Positions 43,576 to 51,844 of a stretch of DNA of 64,000 nt are shown here, one piece after another. The position numbers and the translations under genes are program-made. The DNA lies in the NCBI GenBank assembly GCA_964586045.1, contig CAZPFY010000001.1:154-64153 (forward strand), in the 5' to 3' direction. This DNA is from an uncultured Pseudomonadales bacterium (GTDB lineage: Bacteria; Patescibacteriota; Microgenomatia; UBA1400; MFAQ01). The notes beneath the pieces are model-generated. The model worked only from the letters and a program-made list of their open reading frames with translations, was not told the DNA's origin and did not search any database. The stretch's first letter is position 1. The number at the start of each line of letters is the position of its first letter.

Positions 43576-44865
43576 TTGGGTTACAATTATCAAATGAGAT
43601 TTGCGCCAAAAATTCACAAGATAGGAAACCTAAAAGTCGTTCTGGTTCCAGAAGATAGAGAGTCGGTTACGGTTCGGGTGATGATTGGGACGGGAAGCCG
43701 AGAGGAGACGGATAAAGAGGCTGGTTCGGCGCATTTTTTGGAACACTTTGTATTTAAGGGGACCAAAAAGTTTCCAGGAATGTATGACATCAACGAGGCG
43801 GTGGAAAAAGTAGGCGGTGCCTTTAATGCTTACACTGGCCAAAACGAAATGGGCTTTTGGGTGAAGATGGCCAAGAATCATTTGGAGACAGCTATGAGTA
43901 TTGTGGCTCAGGTAGTAACCGAGCCACTTTTGCCTGAAGAACACTTCGATAAAGAGAGGGGGACGATATTGGAAGAACTACACATGTATGAAGATCGACC
44001 AAGTAGTAAGGCGGCAGAGGAATGTGGCAAATTGCTTTTTGGGAAAACAAATATGGGAAGACCAATAATTGGGACGGTGGAAAGTTTGAATGCCATGTCA
44101 GTTACTGATTTGCGAAATTATTTTGACAAATGGTTTGTGGCCGAAAATATTACGGTGGGGGTGGTGGGAAGTTTTGGTGATGAGAATAGGGTAATAGAGT
44201 TGATCAAAAAAGAATTTGTTAAATTGGTTGAAGACAAGAGAAAATTACCGATGAAAAATAAATTTATTTGGGAAAAGAGTGAATCAATAAAGACAAAGTT
44301 GGTTAGTCGTAAAGTAGAGCAAGCGGCGGTAGTAATGGCTTTTAGGGGAATTGATATGAATGATGAACGACGATATTCGCTAGAACTTCTTAATATTATT
44401 TTGGGGGATGGGTGGACATCTCGATTGATGCGAGAAGTGCGAGAGGAAAGGGGTTGGGCTTATGCTTTGGGGTCGGATGTGGATCAGTTTACGGATGCCG
44501 GGGAAATATTTATCGGAGCTGGTTTGCCAAAGAATAAATTAAAAGAGGCGGTTAACTTGATTACGGAAATTTGTTACGGATTGGGAGAGCCAAAAAGTAA
44601 ATGGGTGATAAAAGAAGAGGAGCTAAAGGTAGCAAAAGAGTGTTTTAGGGGGAGGATGGCTTTGGCGATGGATAAGCCGGAAAATGTACTAGGTGAAGCA
44701 CTGGATGATGTTACTTTTCGGGGTCATATAATGAGTCCAGAAGAGACGTTGGAGAAGATTGAGAGTGTGAACCTATCGGAGACATTAGAATTGGCCAGAG
44801 AGCTTTTAAAGGAGAAGTATTTAAGCATTGCCGTGGTGGGAGATTATACGAAGTTACCGTTTTAG
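43576..44865 (+). CDS. M16-family zinc peptidase (insulinase/pitrilysin-like)
   Basis: 429 aa. The inverted zinc motif HxxEH is present as GSAHFLEHFVFKGT, with the downstream Glu-rich region expected of M16. Confidence 0.9.
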   Translation: MGYNYQMRFAPKIHKIGNLKVVLVPEDRESVTVRVMIGTGSREETDKEAGSAHFLEHFVFKGTKKFPGMYDINEAVEKVGGAFNAYTGQNEMGFWVKMAKNHLETAMSIVAQVVTEPLLPEEHFDKERGTILEELHMYEDRPSSKAAEECGKLLFGKTNMGRPIIGTVESLNAMSVTDLRNYFDKWFVAENITVGVVGSFGDENRVIELIKKEFVKLVEDKRKLPMKNKFIWEKSESIKTKLVSRKVEQAAVVMAFRGIDMNDERRYSLELLNIILGDGWTSRLMREVREERGWAYALGSDVDQFTDAGEIFIGAGLPKNKLKEAVNLITEICYGLGEPKSKWVIKEEELKVAKECFRGRMALAMDKPENVLGEALDDVTFRGHIMSPEETLEKIESVNLSETLELARELLKEKYLSIAVVGDYTKLPF

Positions 44866-44875
44866 GCAAAAAATT

Positions 44876-44898
44876 GCCTCCCATAAGGGAGGTCTTTT
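44876..44898 (+). terminator. rho-independent terminator after the M16 peptidase gene
   Basis: GCCTCCCATAAGGGAGGT hairpin followed by CTTTTCG. Confidence 0.6.
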
Positions 44899-45052
44899 CG
44901 ATTGGGAATCTGCAAGGGTTAGGGTATTCAATACTTCATGAGTAAGCTCCGTTGCACGGCCTTATCGGCAATTAGTCCGGTTACGCTGGAAAGCGGCCAC
45001 CTGGTTTTTTGAATCAGTTAGGAGCAAATGGCTCCATACCAGGGTGCTAATA

Positions 45053-45110
45053 GGTAGTATTATAACCTATAGTTGCTAATTTGTCAAGTTGGGGAATTTT
45101 TGGCAAAAAA
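45053..45110 (+). repeat. conserved intergenic motif copy A (GGTAGTATTATAACCTATAGTTGCTAATTTGTCAAG, then TTTTTGGCAAAAAAA)
   Basis: Near-identical ~35-bp motif found four times in the window. It may be a promoter or operator. It is immediately followed by a bidirectional terminator-like hairpin at 45112-45165. Confidence 0.6.
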
Positions 45111-45615
45111 ATAACCTGTGTCCATCAGCTTTCGCTATTGATGACTACAGGTTTTTTTGGTTTCGGCTTAAGTATCCGTAACGTTGGCGGCCGCGCTCCC
45201 CACTTTCTGGCGTCCCAACGTGTTAGGTCCTTTATCGCTTCTATGTGTCCTGGGAAGAGGATACTCTGATGAATGTGGAATCTCAACAGATGTCAATTTC
45301 TCCCGATCACCACTGAAAAGCGGTGTTTTAACTTGTCCAAACTACTCTACGCTCCGAGGTTAATCGGGCACTAAGATTCCTTTTTAAGGCCGCTTAATAG
45401 AGATTTACGCTTGGTGATAAGTTTGCTGGACTACGGTGCATAGCCCCACAGGCCTCGTCAATGGACGTCTTACCTTACCTGTGGGGCCACAATATCATTT
45501 TGATTTTTAATGCTCCTTTTTTACACCGGCTCGGCCGGGCTATTGAGGCGCGACTTTGTGCACCAAGGCTTTTTTTGAACCTGGGTTGTAAGAGGGGCGG
45601 GTTGCCCTTCTTGAT

Positions 45616-45674
45616 GAGGTTATTATATCTCATAATGTATCTGTGTCAATAACTAGTTTTTTTGGCAAAAAAAA
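45616..45674 (+). repeat. conserved intergenic motif copy D (divergent; TATTATATCTCATAATGTATCTGTGTCAAT, then TTTTTTGGCAAAAAAAA)
   Basis: Shares TATTATA, CTATA/TCATA, TGTCAA and the TTTTTGGCAAAAAAA extension with copy A. Confidence 0.45.
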
Positions 45675-46131
45675 TGCCAGGTAAGCGATGCAAGCGCGAT
45701 AGTGTCTCGACTAATCTGAGCCACTATGGTTGATATCGTCAGTACCTGGCAGGCCGGTTTTCGGCTGATGGCGACTCTCGTGAGTATCCCCCGAGAGAGT
45801 GCGAACCCATACGAATGGGTTATTCACCGTTATTAGCGGTGCAGCTTTTAAACTCATTGATTGACTCAGCGGGGGATTCCCGTGAAGTGCTTCAGATGAA
45901 GTTTCGCAATTGGGATAAGAATCTATATCACAATTTTGAGCTGCACGAGGGCTTTTCTCCTTTCTTTTCCGCTCAGGGGCGGGTTATTGCCGGCGATCGT
46001 GCCGGACTGTTTTTTTGTGTCCATCGACGCAGGTTCCTGCCTGGAGGGCGAGGATATCGGTGGACGGTGCAGTTTGGCGGATTTTCCGTTCGGGATAGTC
46101 GTTCAAGAGCATCCCTTATCAAACCAAATAT

Positions 46132-46167
46132 GGGAGTATTCTAGCCTATAGTTGCTAATTTGTCAAG
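46132..46167 (+). promoter_or_regulatory. conserved intergenic motif copy B, probably overlapping the promoter of the 46208 gene (TTGCTA, 17 nt spacer, TAGAAT)
   Basis: GGGAGTATTCTAGCCTATAGTTGCTAATTTGTCAAG, with TAGAAT 17 nt after TTGCTA. About 40 nt upstream of the ATG. Confidence 0.5.
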
Positions 46168-46207
46168 ACGATGGTAGAATTGGCCATCCTAATAGTTTGG
46201 AGGAACA

Positions 46208-46450
46208 ATGAAAATTAAGCTTGGTATTACTGGTTTGTATCTGTTTGTTTTGGCGGCCGTTCTGTTTCTTGCCAAAACAATTGATTTGCCTTACGGGTAT
46301 ATCCCGCAGTGGGCCGGATACATTGGTTTGGGGTTGATGTTCCTTGGTATCGTGTTCATGGCCATTGATTCTGGTCCGTGGAACAGAATCAAGAAATCAG
46401 GCGATCACGATGCACCGTTTCGGATAAGGAAGCCAAAAAAAGAAGAGTAA
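46208..46450 (+). CDS. small membrane protein (2 TM helices)
   Basis: 80 aa with a GGAGG RBS, followed by a strong terminator. Confidence 0.5.
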   Translation: MKIKLGITGLYLFVLAAVLFLAKTIDLPYGYIPQWAGYIGLGLMFLGIVFMAIDSGPWNRIKKSGDHDAPFRIRKPKKEE

Positions 46451-46474
46451 AAATAAGTTTATCTGTTTGAAACT

Positions 46475-46503
46475 GAGACGCCGTAAGGCGTCTCTTTTAT
46501 TTG
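46475..46503 (+). terminator. rho-independent terminator
   Basis: GAGACGCC-GTAA-GGCGTCTC hairpin followed by TTTTATTT. Confidence 0.75.
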
Positions 46504-46561
46504 GGGGAATCGTAAGAATGGAGTTGCAAATTTTGGAAAATGAAGGTATAGATTAGAGCTA

Positions 46562-47152
46562 ATGAGTGATACAAAAACTGGACCGAGGGAGTATCGTCCC
46601 TTGAGTATTCCTGGAGCAACAATAATAAGGCCAAAATTAAACGTGGGTAAGTATGATGGTTGGTTGATTGAGCCGGTGGATTTTTCGGAAGCTAGTTACT
46701 ATTTGGGATATAAATTTGATCCGAGAAGTATGTATGCTACGTGGGCGCCTGAGGGAATTGTCCGCGGTGGTCATATGGAGAGTAGGTCCAAGTTGGTAAC
46801 GATATTGTCTGGTTTGGTTTATTATGTTTTGGTAGATATGCGACCAGGAGAAAATCAGGGTAAGGTGGAGCAGTTTTATTTGGGTGATGGGATAGAAGAG
46901 GCATGGGGAAGATCTGTTTTGGTTCCAGAGGGGGTAATTGATGCTTATGTGGTGGTCAGTGAAAATGCATTGCATTTGGGAGTTGGAGATCAGCCCTATA
47001 ACGCTTTTTATTCTTTGAAGACACTTGACTTGTTTGATAAGAACCTTGGAATTAATTGGCCGGTTATTGGTGATAGAGCAACATACAACGATTCGCATAG
47101 AGATAACCAAGTGGTTTTGCCAAAAGAGGAATTTATAAAAAGTTTGTATTGA
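46562..47152 (+). CDS. RmlC-like cupin (dTDP-4-dehydrorhamnose 3,5-epimerase-like) protein
   Basis: 196 aa. The RmlC-type pattern is RGGHME, then KLVTILSGLVYYVLVDMR, then GRSVLVPEGVIDAYVV, then INWP. Confidence 0.6.
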   Translation: MSDTKTGPREYRPLSIPGATIIRPKLNVGKYDGWLIEPVDFSEASYYLGYKFDPRSMYATWAPEGIVRGGHMESRSKLVTILSGLVYYVLVDMRPGENQGKVEQFYLGDGIEEAWGRSVLVPEGVIDAYVVVSENALHLGVGDQPYNAFYSLKTLDLFDKNLGINWPVIGDRATYNDSHRDNQVVLPKEEFIKSLY

Positions 47153-47155
47153 GAT

Positions 47156-48208
47156 ATGGATAAAAATAATTTACAAAACGATGCAGCTTATGAGGTAGCT
47201 TCAATGAAGAGTAGTGCCAGGTATTGGTTTAAGCGAGATTTTTGCGACATTCGACATGGTAAGGACAGATCGATTTTGATTGCTTTGGAAAAGGCTGGTT
47301 GGAGTGGTGATAATGGGTTGGGTCAATTGCCTTGGAACATCCGAGTTGAGGACAAAAGGTCTTTTCAGGCTTGGAAGTTGGGAATTTTGAGTATTAACGG
47401 TGAAGATAAATTGGTTTTTGAGAGATTTTTGAGAGGTATAAGCGGAGTTAAAACAGATACATTTAATTTATCTTACTTGCCCAATTGGATAATTGAGGAG
47501 TTGGAGCAAGTGGCTTTGGAAATAACTCAGAGGGATTTCGAAAAAGAAGCAGGTGAGTTTGTGGAGAAAATAGCGCGACAAGCAAAAGAGGAAAAACAAA
47601 GTCAAAAAGCAACTTTGTCGGCTAAAGTAGAAGAACTATCGATTGGTGGTTTATTTCATATCATGTCGCAGACGCGAGGCGACGAGAGGGGAAGTTTTCG
47701 GGAGGTAGCCAGAATGCCGGAAATAGAACTTTTGACGGGTTATGATTTTGTGGGGAAGCAAGTAAATCACTCAATGTCCACCTATGGAATTTTGCGAGGG
47801 ATGCACGTAGAACCTTGGGCAAAACTGGTAACGGTGATTCATGGTTTTGCGGTTTCTGTTTTGCTTGATTGCCGTTTGCATTCCAGAACCTATGGCAAGA
47901 TGGAGACTATCTTTTTGGGTTATGGAAAAGCACCGGACGGAGAAGAAGTAAAAGGAGGAGCCCTGTTTATAGAGCCAGGAATTGCGAACTCTGTTTTGGT
48001 TTTATCTGAGAAGATGGATTATCAATATGTAGTTGATGATTTGTGGAGGCCTGAGACAGCACTTTACTCGGTTAATCCCATGGATTCTGAACTAGCAATT
48101 GATTGGGGCAAATATGTGTCTTTGGACAAAATAACCAGGTCGGAAAGAGATACCAAGTCGCCAACATTCGCTGAGTTTACTAAATTAATGAAAGAAAATG
48201 GAAAATAA
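47156..48208 (+). CDS. two-domain protein: unknown N-terminal domain plus C-terminal RmlC-like cupin (sugar-nucleotide epimerase/isomerase-like)
   Basis: 350 aa. The C-terminal half has DERGSF, then LRGMHVEPWAKLVTVIHGFAVSVLLDCR, then ALFIEPGIANSV, then AIDWG, matching the RmlC-like order. Confidence 0.55.
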   Translation: MDKNNLQNDAAYEVASMKSSARYWFKRDFCDIRHGKDRSILIALEKAGWSGDNGLGQLPWNIRVEDKRSFQAWKLGILSINGEDKLVFERFLRGISGVKTDTFNLSYLPNWIIEELEQVALEITQRDFEKEAGEFVEKIARQAKEEKQSQKATLSAKVEELSIGGLFHIMSQTRGDERGSFREVARMPEIELLTGYDFVGKQVNHSMSTYGILRGMHVEPWAKLVTVIHGFAVSVLLDCRLHSRTYGKMETIFLGYGKAPDGEEVKGGALFIEPGIANSVLVLSEKMDYQYVVDDLWRPETALYSVNPMDSELAIDWGKYVSLDKITRSERDTKSPTFAEFTKLMKENGK

Positions 48209-48569
48209 AAATATGAAAGTAGTTGCGGTTGATTTTGATGGGGTAATTCACAAATATTCTAAGGGTTGGGGCGATGGCAGTATTTACGATGTTGCGGTTG
48301 AGGGGGCAAGCGAGAGTTTGGAAAAATTGGTTGCTGACGGATGGAAGGTAATTATTTTTACTACCAGACTTAATCCAGAAGTTAATGAAGATATTTTGCT
48401 GGAGAGAAATAAAATGATGAAGTGGTTACATGATAATGGTATTATTTTGAATCGACATTTTCACGAAATAACGGCGGTGAAGCCATCGGCGAAATATTAT
48501 ATTGATGACAAAGGGATTCGGTTTACTGACTGGGAGGCAACTATCAAATTTGTAAGCGAAAATGCCTGA
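48198..48569 (+). CDS. small HAD-superfamily hydrolase (nucleotidase/phosphatase-like)
   Basis: 123 aa. HAD motif I is VVAVDFDGVIH. A Lys/Asp-containing C-terminal motif (YIDDKG) is consistent with motif III/IV. Confidence 0.55.
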   Translation: MENKNMKVVAVDFDGVIHKYSKGWGDGSIYDVAVEGASESLEKLVADGWKVIIFTTRLNPEVNEDILLERNKMMKWLHDNGIILNRHFHEITAVKPSAKYYIDDKGIRFTDWEATIKFVSENA

Positions 48570-49173
48570 AGTACAAGAAATGTTTGTTAGTGAAGAGAGT
48601 GAGAAAACAGATGAGCTGTTGCGAATAGTGAAAGAGACGAAAAATATGCGTGGTGAGCCGATATATGAAAATTCTGAAATTAGTTTGCGCGAGTTTGACC
48701 CCAAAGATTTACATCCTTCGGCGGTTTATATGTTGGAAGCTAACTTAGAGTTTCTTGAGGCAATGTACTATGACTTGTTTAAAGAAGGAATCGATATTTT
48801 TAATTTGGATCAAATTGTCGAAACAGAGAAATATGGCAAAATTGCTCCGCCAATTGTAGAGATGGCAGTAGATGAAAAAGGTAATCGGGTCCCGACAATA
48901 GTGGATGGAATTCATAGGTCAAAACTAGCGATGTATTTGGGAAAGAGAATAAAAGTGGTTTTGATTGATGGGGTTAACCCTGATTATCCCTTGATTGGTT
49001 TGCCGGCTGATTGGGATGAGGTCAAAATTTACAGAGGGAAGCCTCAGGCTGAGCCAGAACTGAGAAAGTTACGACCAGGCATGGTGGGATTGGAAGACAA
49101 AAGCCATCTCTTTAGAAATCTGGAGCCAGTGGGGGCGAACAAGAGACAGTTGATGGCTTGGCAGAAGGGGTAG
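48562..49173 (+). CDS. ParB/sulfiredoxin-fold (ParB-like nuclease domain) protein
   Basis: 203 aa. PPIVEMAVDEKGNRVPTIVDGIHRSKLAMYLGKRIKVVLIDG contains the DG.HR signature of the ParB N-terminal domain. Confidence 0.45.
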   Translation: MPEVQEMFVSEESEKTDELLRIVKETKNMRGEPIYENSEISLREFDPKDLHPSAVYMLEANLEFLEAMYYDLFKEGIDIFNLDQIVETEKYGKIAPPIVEMAVDEKGNRVPTIVDGIHRSKLAMYLGKRIKVVLIDGVNPDYPLIGLPADWDEVKIYRGKPQAEPELRKLRPGMVGLEDKSHLFRNLEPVGANKRQLMAWQKG

Positions 49174-49321
49174 GTGAGTTGACTTTTGACCCATAGTGTG
49201 ATAGAATACCCAATCGAGGAAGTTCATTGATTTAATATGTTTTAGTTGTCATTTTCTCTTGTTTACGCTCTTCTAAAAGAATGCGTGTGATAAGAAAAGA
49301 TGGCTAATTTGCGGAGGCAAA

Positions 49322-50140
49322 ATGGCAGATTGGAAGGAGTTGCTTGCCCAGTGGCAGCAAAATATTGAACGTAAATACCCAAAGTTGGTTGGAACGAAGG
49401 CGCTGCTTGGTGTAGCTGCCTGGTATAACCGTGTTCTTAACGAATTGGGTGACTACACCATTGAAGAGGCACCGATGGAAGATGCTCTCTGGAAAGTGGT
49501 TCACGATGACGACGGCAAACATTTGCGCATTGAGAGATACGATGGTACTTTTTTTAGAGTTATCAGCGTACTTTGTCGCAAGGGTAAGTCTACTTGGCTA
49601 CAGCCGGTACTGGAAAGCATCCATTCGCTCATGAAAGTGGTGTTGTGGGGTGAAGAGGTAGAGGTGCCGGTTTATGGACTGTTGATGGTCATTCGTGACA
49701 GTGAAGGCAAGATTTTGCTATCAATAGGCCAAGAAACCATGGCTGATACACCCAAGAAAGCGGTGGTTAGATTGCCCCTGCAAGCATCTTGGGGAAAGAT
49801 TTTGTTGATGCTGGCCGGGAAGGCGAGTGATGTAAGTATCGAAGCCTTGATGGCGATTTATGACTGCCAAACCGTGCAAGAGCTGTTAGCCCTTGCTGTC
49901 GAAAGAGGGCGAGAGCCTTTTGAGGATTTAGATCGTGGTTGGAAAAACAATGTCGTTTGGATTATGCCGACCGTACAGGTTGGTACCGAACTTCACGAAA
50001 AACTGACCTCGAACGGATCCATGATGTGGGTTGATCCTTTGCAGTGGAAGATTATCAAGATGTCGGGACTGACGGGTTTGCATACAGTTGGTCCTATTGA
50101 CATGATGTACACGTTGGATGCTCTGAAGGAATACGAGTAA
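49322..50140 (+). CDS. hypothetical protein (noticeably higher GC and Trp content than neighbours)
   Basis: 272-aa ORF with no recognizable motif. Local GC is visibly higher than the window average. Confidence 0.45.
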   Translation: MADWKELLAQWQQNIERKYPKLVGTKALLGVAAWYNRVLNELGDYTIEEAPMEDALWKVVHDDDGKHLRIERYDGTFFRVISVLCRKGKSTWLQPVLESIHSLMKVVLWGEEVEVPVYGLLMVIRDSEGKILLSIGQETMADTPKKAVVRLPLQASWGKILLMLAGKASDVSIEALMAIYDCQTVQELLALAVERGREPFEDLDRGWKNNVVWIMPTVQVGTELHEKLTSNGSMMWVDPLQWKIIKMSGLTGLHTVGPIDMMYTLDALKEYE

Positions 50141-50149
50141 TTTTGTTGA

Positions 50150-50180
50150 GACTGTCTTTGATTAGGCAGTCTTTTTTTTG
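50150..50180 (+). terminator. rho-independent terminator
   Basis: GACTGTCTTTGATTAGGCAGTC hairpin followed by TTTTTTTT. Confidence 0.75.
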
Positions 50181-50386
50181 TGCCAAAATTTAGTTTAAAA
50201 AAAAGAATCCCCGCTCTGGAGCGGGGTTCGGTTGGGGTGAAGTAGGTTGCTTGGCCTAAGTGTCTGTTGTCGCACCGTCGAAACGCAACAGTGGGGCTTA
50301 GCGGGCTCTAATCACACCCTTTTGGGTATGGAAGGAGGGGGAACCTCCTTTTTCGGGGCTGGATTTCCAGCAAAAGTTAAGTTGTA

Positions 50387-50421
50387 GGAGTATTTTATCC
50401 TATAATTGTTTATTTGTCAAC
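50387..50421 (+). promoter_or_regulatory. conserved intergenic motif copy C upstream of the 50525 gene
   Basis: GGAGTATTTTATCCTATAATTGTTTATTTGTCAAC is the same motif as copies A and B. Confidence 0.45.
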
Positions 50422-50524
50422 TTGGGTGGCTTGGGGCGATATTTATGATATCTTGTGCCTAAAATATGACAACTGATATGACAACTGACGAAATGTACTT
50501 GACAACTATATTTAAACTGTTAAA

Positions 50525-51565
50525 ATGTATTGTATAAGTATGACCATACAAGATCAGATAATAAAAATCGCAACAAAAGAGGGAACTGTTAGGACCGCTG
50601 ATGTTTTAAAGAGTTTAAAGCCTGCGGTAACTAGGGGATACTTGAGTTTAATAATGTCTCGAATGACAAGAGATGGTTTGCTAGTGAAAACAGGATCAAC
50701 TTCAAAGTCTGTATATGCTTTGTATAAAAATGGAGATTTGCTGGGAAATGTCTTTAAAAAGCATTTGGCTAGAAGCACCACAAAAGAACATGAAGTACTG
50801 GATGTGCTTAACAGAAAAGTGCCTTTTTTGTTTAAATTGGATGAAAACTTGAGAAGCATTTTGGATTTTTCTTTTTCTGAAATGTTAAATAACGCCTTAG
50901 AACATTCTGAATCAAAGTATATTGACATTAAGGTATTTGTTGATTCTAAATACCTGAATTTTACTGTGTCTGACCTTGGTATTGGTGTTTTTAAAAATGT
51001 AATGAAGAAGAGGGGTTTGGGGTCGGAATTCGAGGCCATGCAGGATATTTTGAAAGGAAAAACTACCACTCAACCCCATGCACATTCTGGCGAAGGAATC
51101 TTTTTTACTTCAAAAATGGCTGACATATTTGTTTTGGAAAGTTATGGATACTCGATGAGAGTGGATAATATAATTCCTGATATATTTTTTGAGCAAGTTA
51201 AACCGATTAAAAAAGGAACGAGAGTGCATTTTTGCATTAGAAGAGAGACTGATAAACACTTGAAAGATACTTTTATGAACTACGAAACTGATCACGAAGA
51301 TCCCGATTTTGACAAAACAGAGATTCACGTAAAACTATATAAAATAGGCACGGTTTACGTATCTCGATCACAAGCTAGGAGAATTTCATATGGTCTTGAG
51401 AAGTTTAATCACGTTGTTTTGAACTTTGAAAAAGTACCAACTATCGGACAAGCTTTTGCAGACGAGATATTTAGAGTTTTTAAAAATAAATATCCAAATA
51501 TTTTGATTACCTCTATTAATATGAATGAGGCGGTTAAGTATATGGTTAATAGAGCGAGTAAATAG
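50525..51565 (+). CDS. HATPase_c (GHKL, anti-sigma-factor/RsbW-like) ATP-binding protein with N-terminal wHTH-like region and C-terminal STAS-like (DUF4325-like) domain
   Basis: EMLNNALEHS (N-box), VSDLGIGV (G1) and SGEGIFFTS (G2). The C-terminus VVLNFEKVPTIGQAFADEIFRVF is STAS-like. Confidence 0.5.
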   Translation: MYCISMTIQDQIIKIATKEGTVRTADVLKSLKPAVTRGYLSLIMSRMTRDGLLVKTGSTSKSVYALYKNGDLLGNVFKKHLARSTTKEHEVLDVLNRKVPFLFKLDENLRSILDFSFSEMLNNALEHSESKYIDIKVFVDSKYLNFTVSDLGIGVFKNVMKKRGLGSEFEAMQDILKGKTTTQPHAHSGEGIFFTSKMADIFVLESYGYSMRVDNIIPDIFFEQVKPIKKGTRVHFCIRRETDKHLKDTFMNYETDHEDPDFDKTEIHVKLYKIGTVYVSRSQARRISYGLEKFNHVVLNFEKVPTIGQAFADEIFRVFKNKYPNILITSINMNEAVKYMVNRASK

Positions 51566-51568
51566 AAT

Positions 51569-51808
51569 TTATTTTTTTGGCTTGGGGGGGTGTTTGGCCT
51601 CGGATTGTTTGATGCTGGTGCAGATGGGGCAGAGGGTTGGTTTGTCGGTTGACCAGTTTGTCGGTTGACCAGTTTGTCGGTTGATCGGTTTGTCGGTGTT
51701 TCGGAGTTGCTCGTAGACGGAGTAGACAAAAGGATTGCCACAGTTTTCGCATTTTAGAAGTTGGTCTTGCATGAGAGTATTATATCCGCTAAGGGTGGAA
51801 GAGTACAA
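51569..51808 (-). CDS. small zinc-ribbon protein with an in-frame 17-bp tandem repeat expansion
   Basis: CENCGN...CPIC forms the Cys4 pair. The central repeat encodes NRQTGQPTNWSTDKLVNRQT variants. Confidence 0.45.
   Translation of the reverse strand: MYSSTLSGYNTLMQDQLLKCENCGNPFVYSVYEQLRNTDKPINRQTGQPTNWSTDKPTLCPICTSIKQSEAKHPPKPKK
51640..51700. repeat. 17-bp tandem repeat (GTTTGTCGGTTGACCAG, about 3.5 copies)
   Basis: Direct inspection. Copies are at 51640, 51657 and 51674, plus a partial fourth. Confidence 0.85.
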
Positions 51809-51844
51809 AAAACTCCGGCCAAAGAGGTCGGAGTGATTATAAAA

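Noticed and set aside
45170-45215. tmRNA-like 5' similarity (minus strand reads GGGGAGCGCGGCCGCCAACGTTACGGATACTTAAGCC, containing ACGTTACGGAT as in some tmRNA 5' ends)
   Set aside because: I could not find a matching tRNA-like 3' end (GGTTCGAATCC...CCA) or a tag reading frame ending in ...ALAA on either strand. The resemblance is too short to call. It is left as part of the unassigned structured-RNA candidate region.
45268-45330. CUGAUGA (hammerhead core-like) at about 45273 with a GAAA about 45 nt downstream
   Set aside because: No convincing helix I/II/III arrangement could be drawn by hand. The heptamer is expected by chance in 64 kb.
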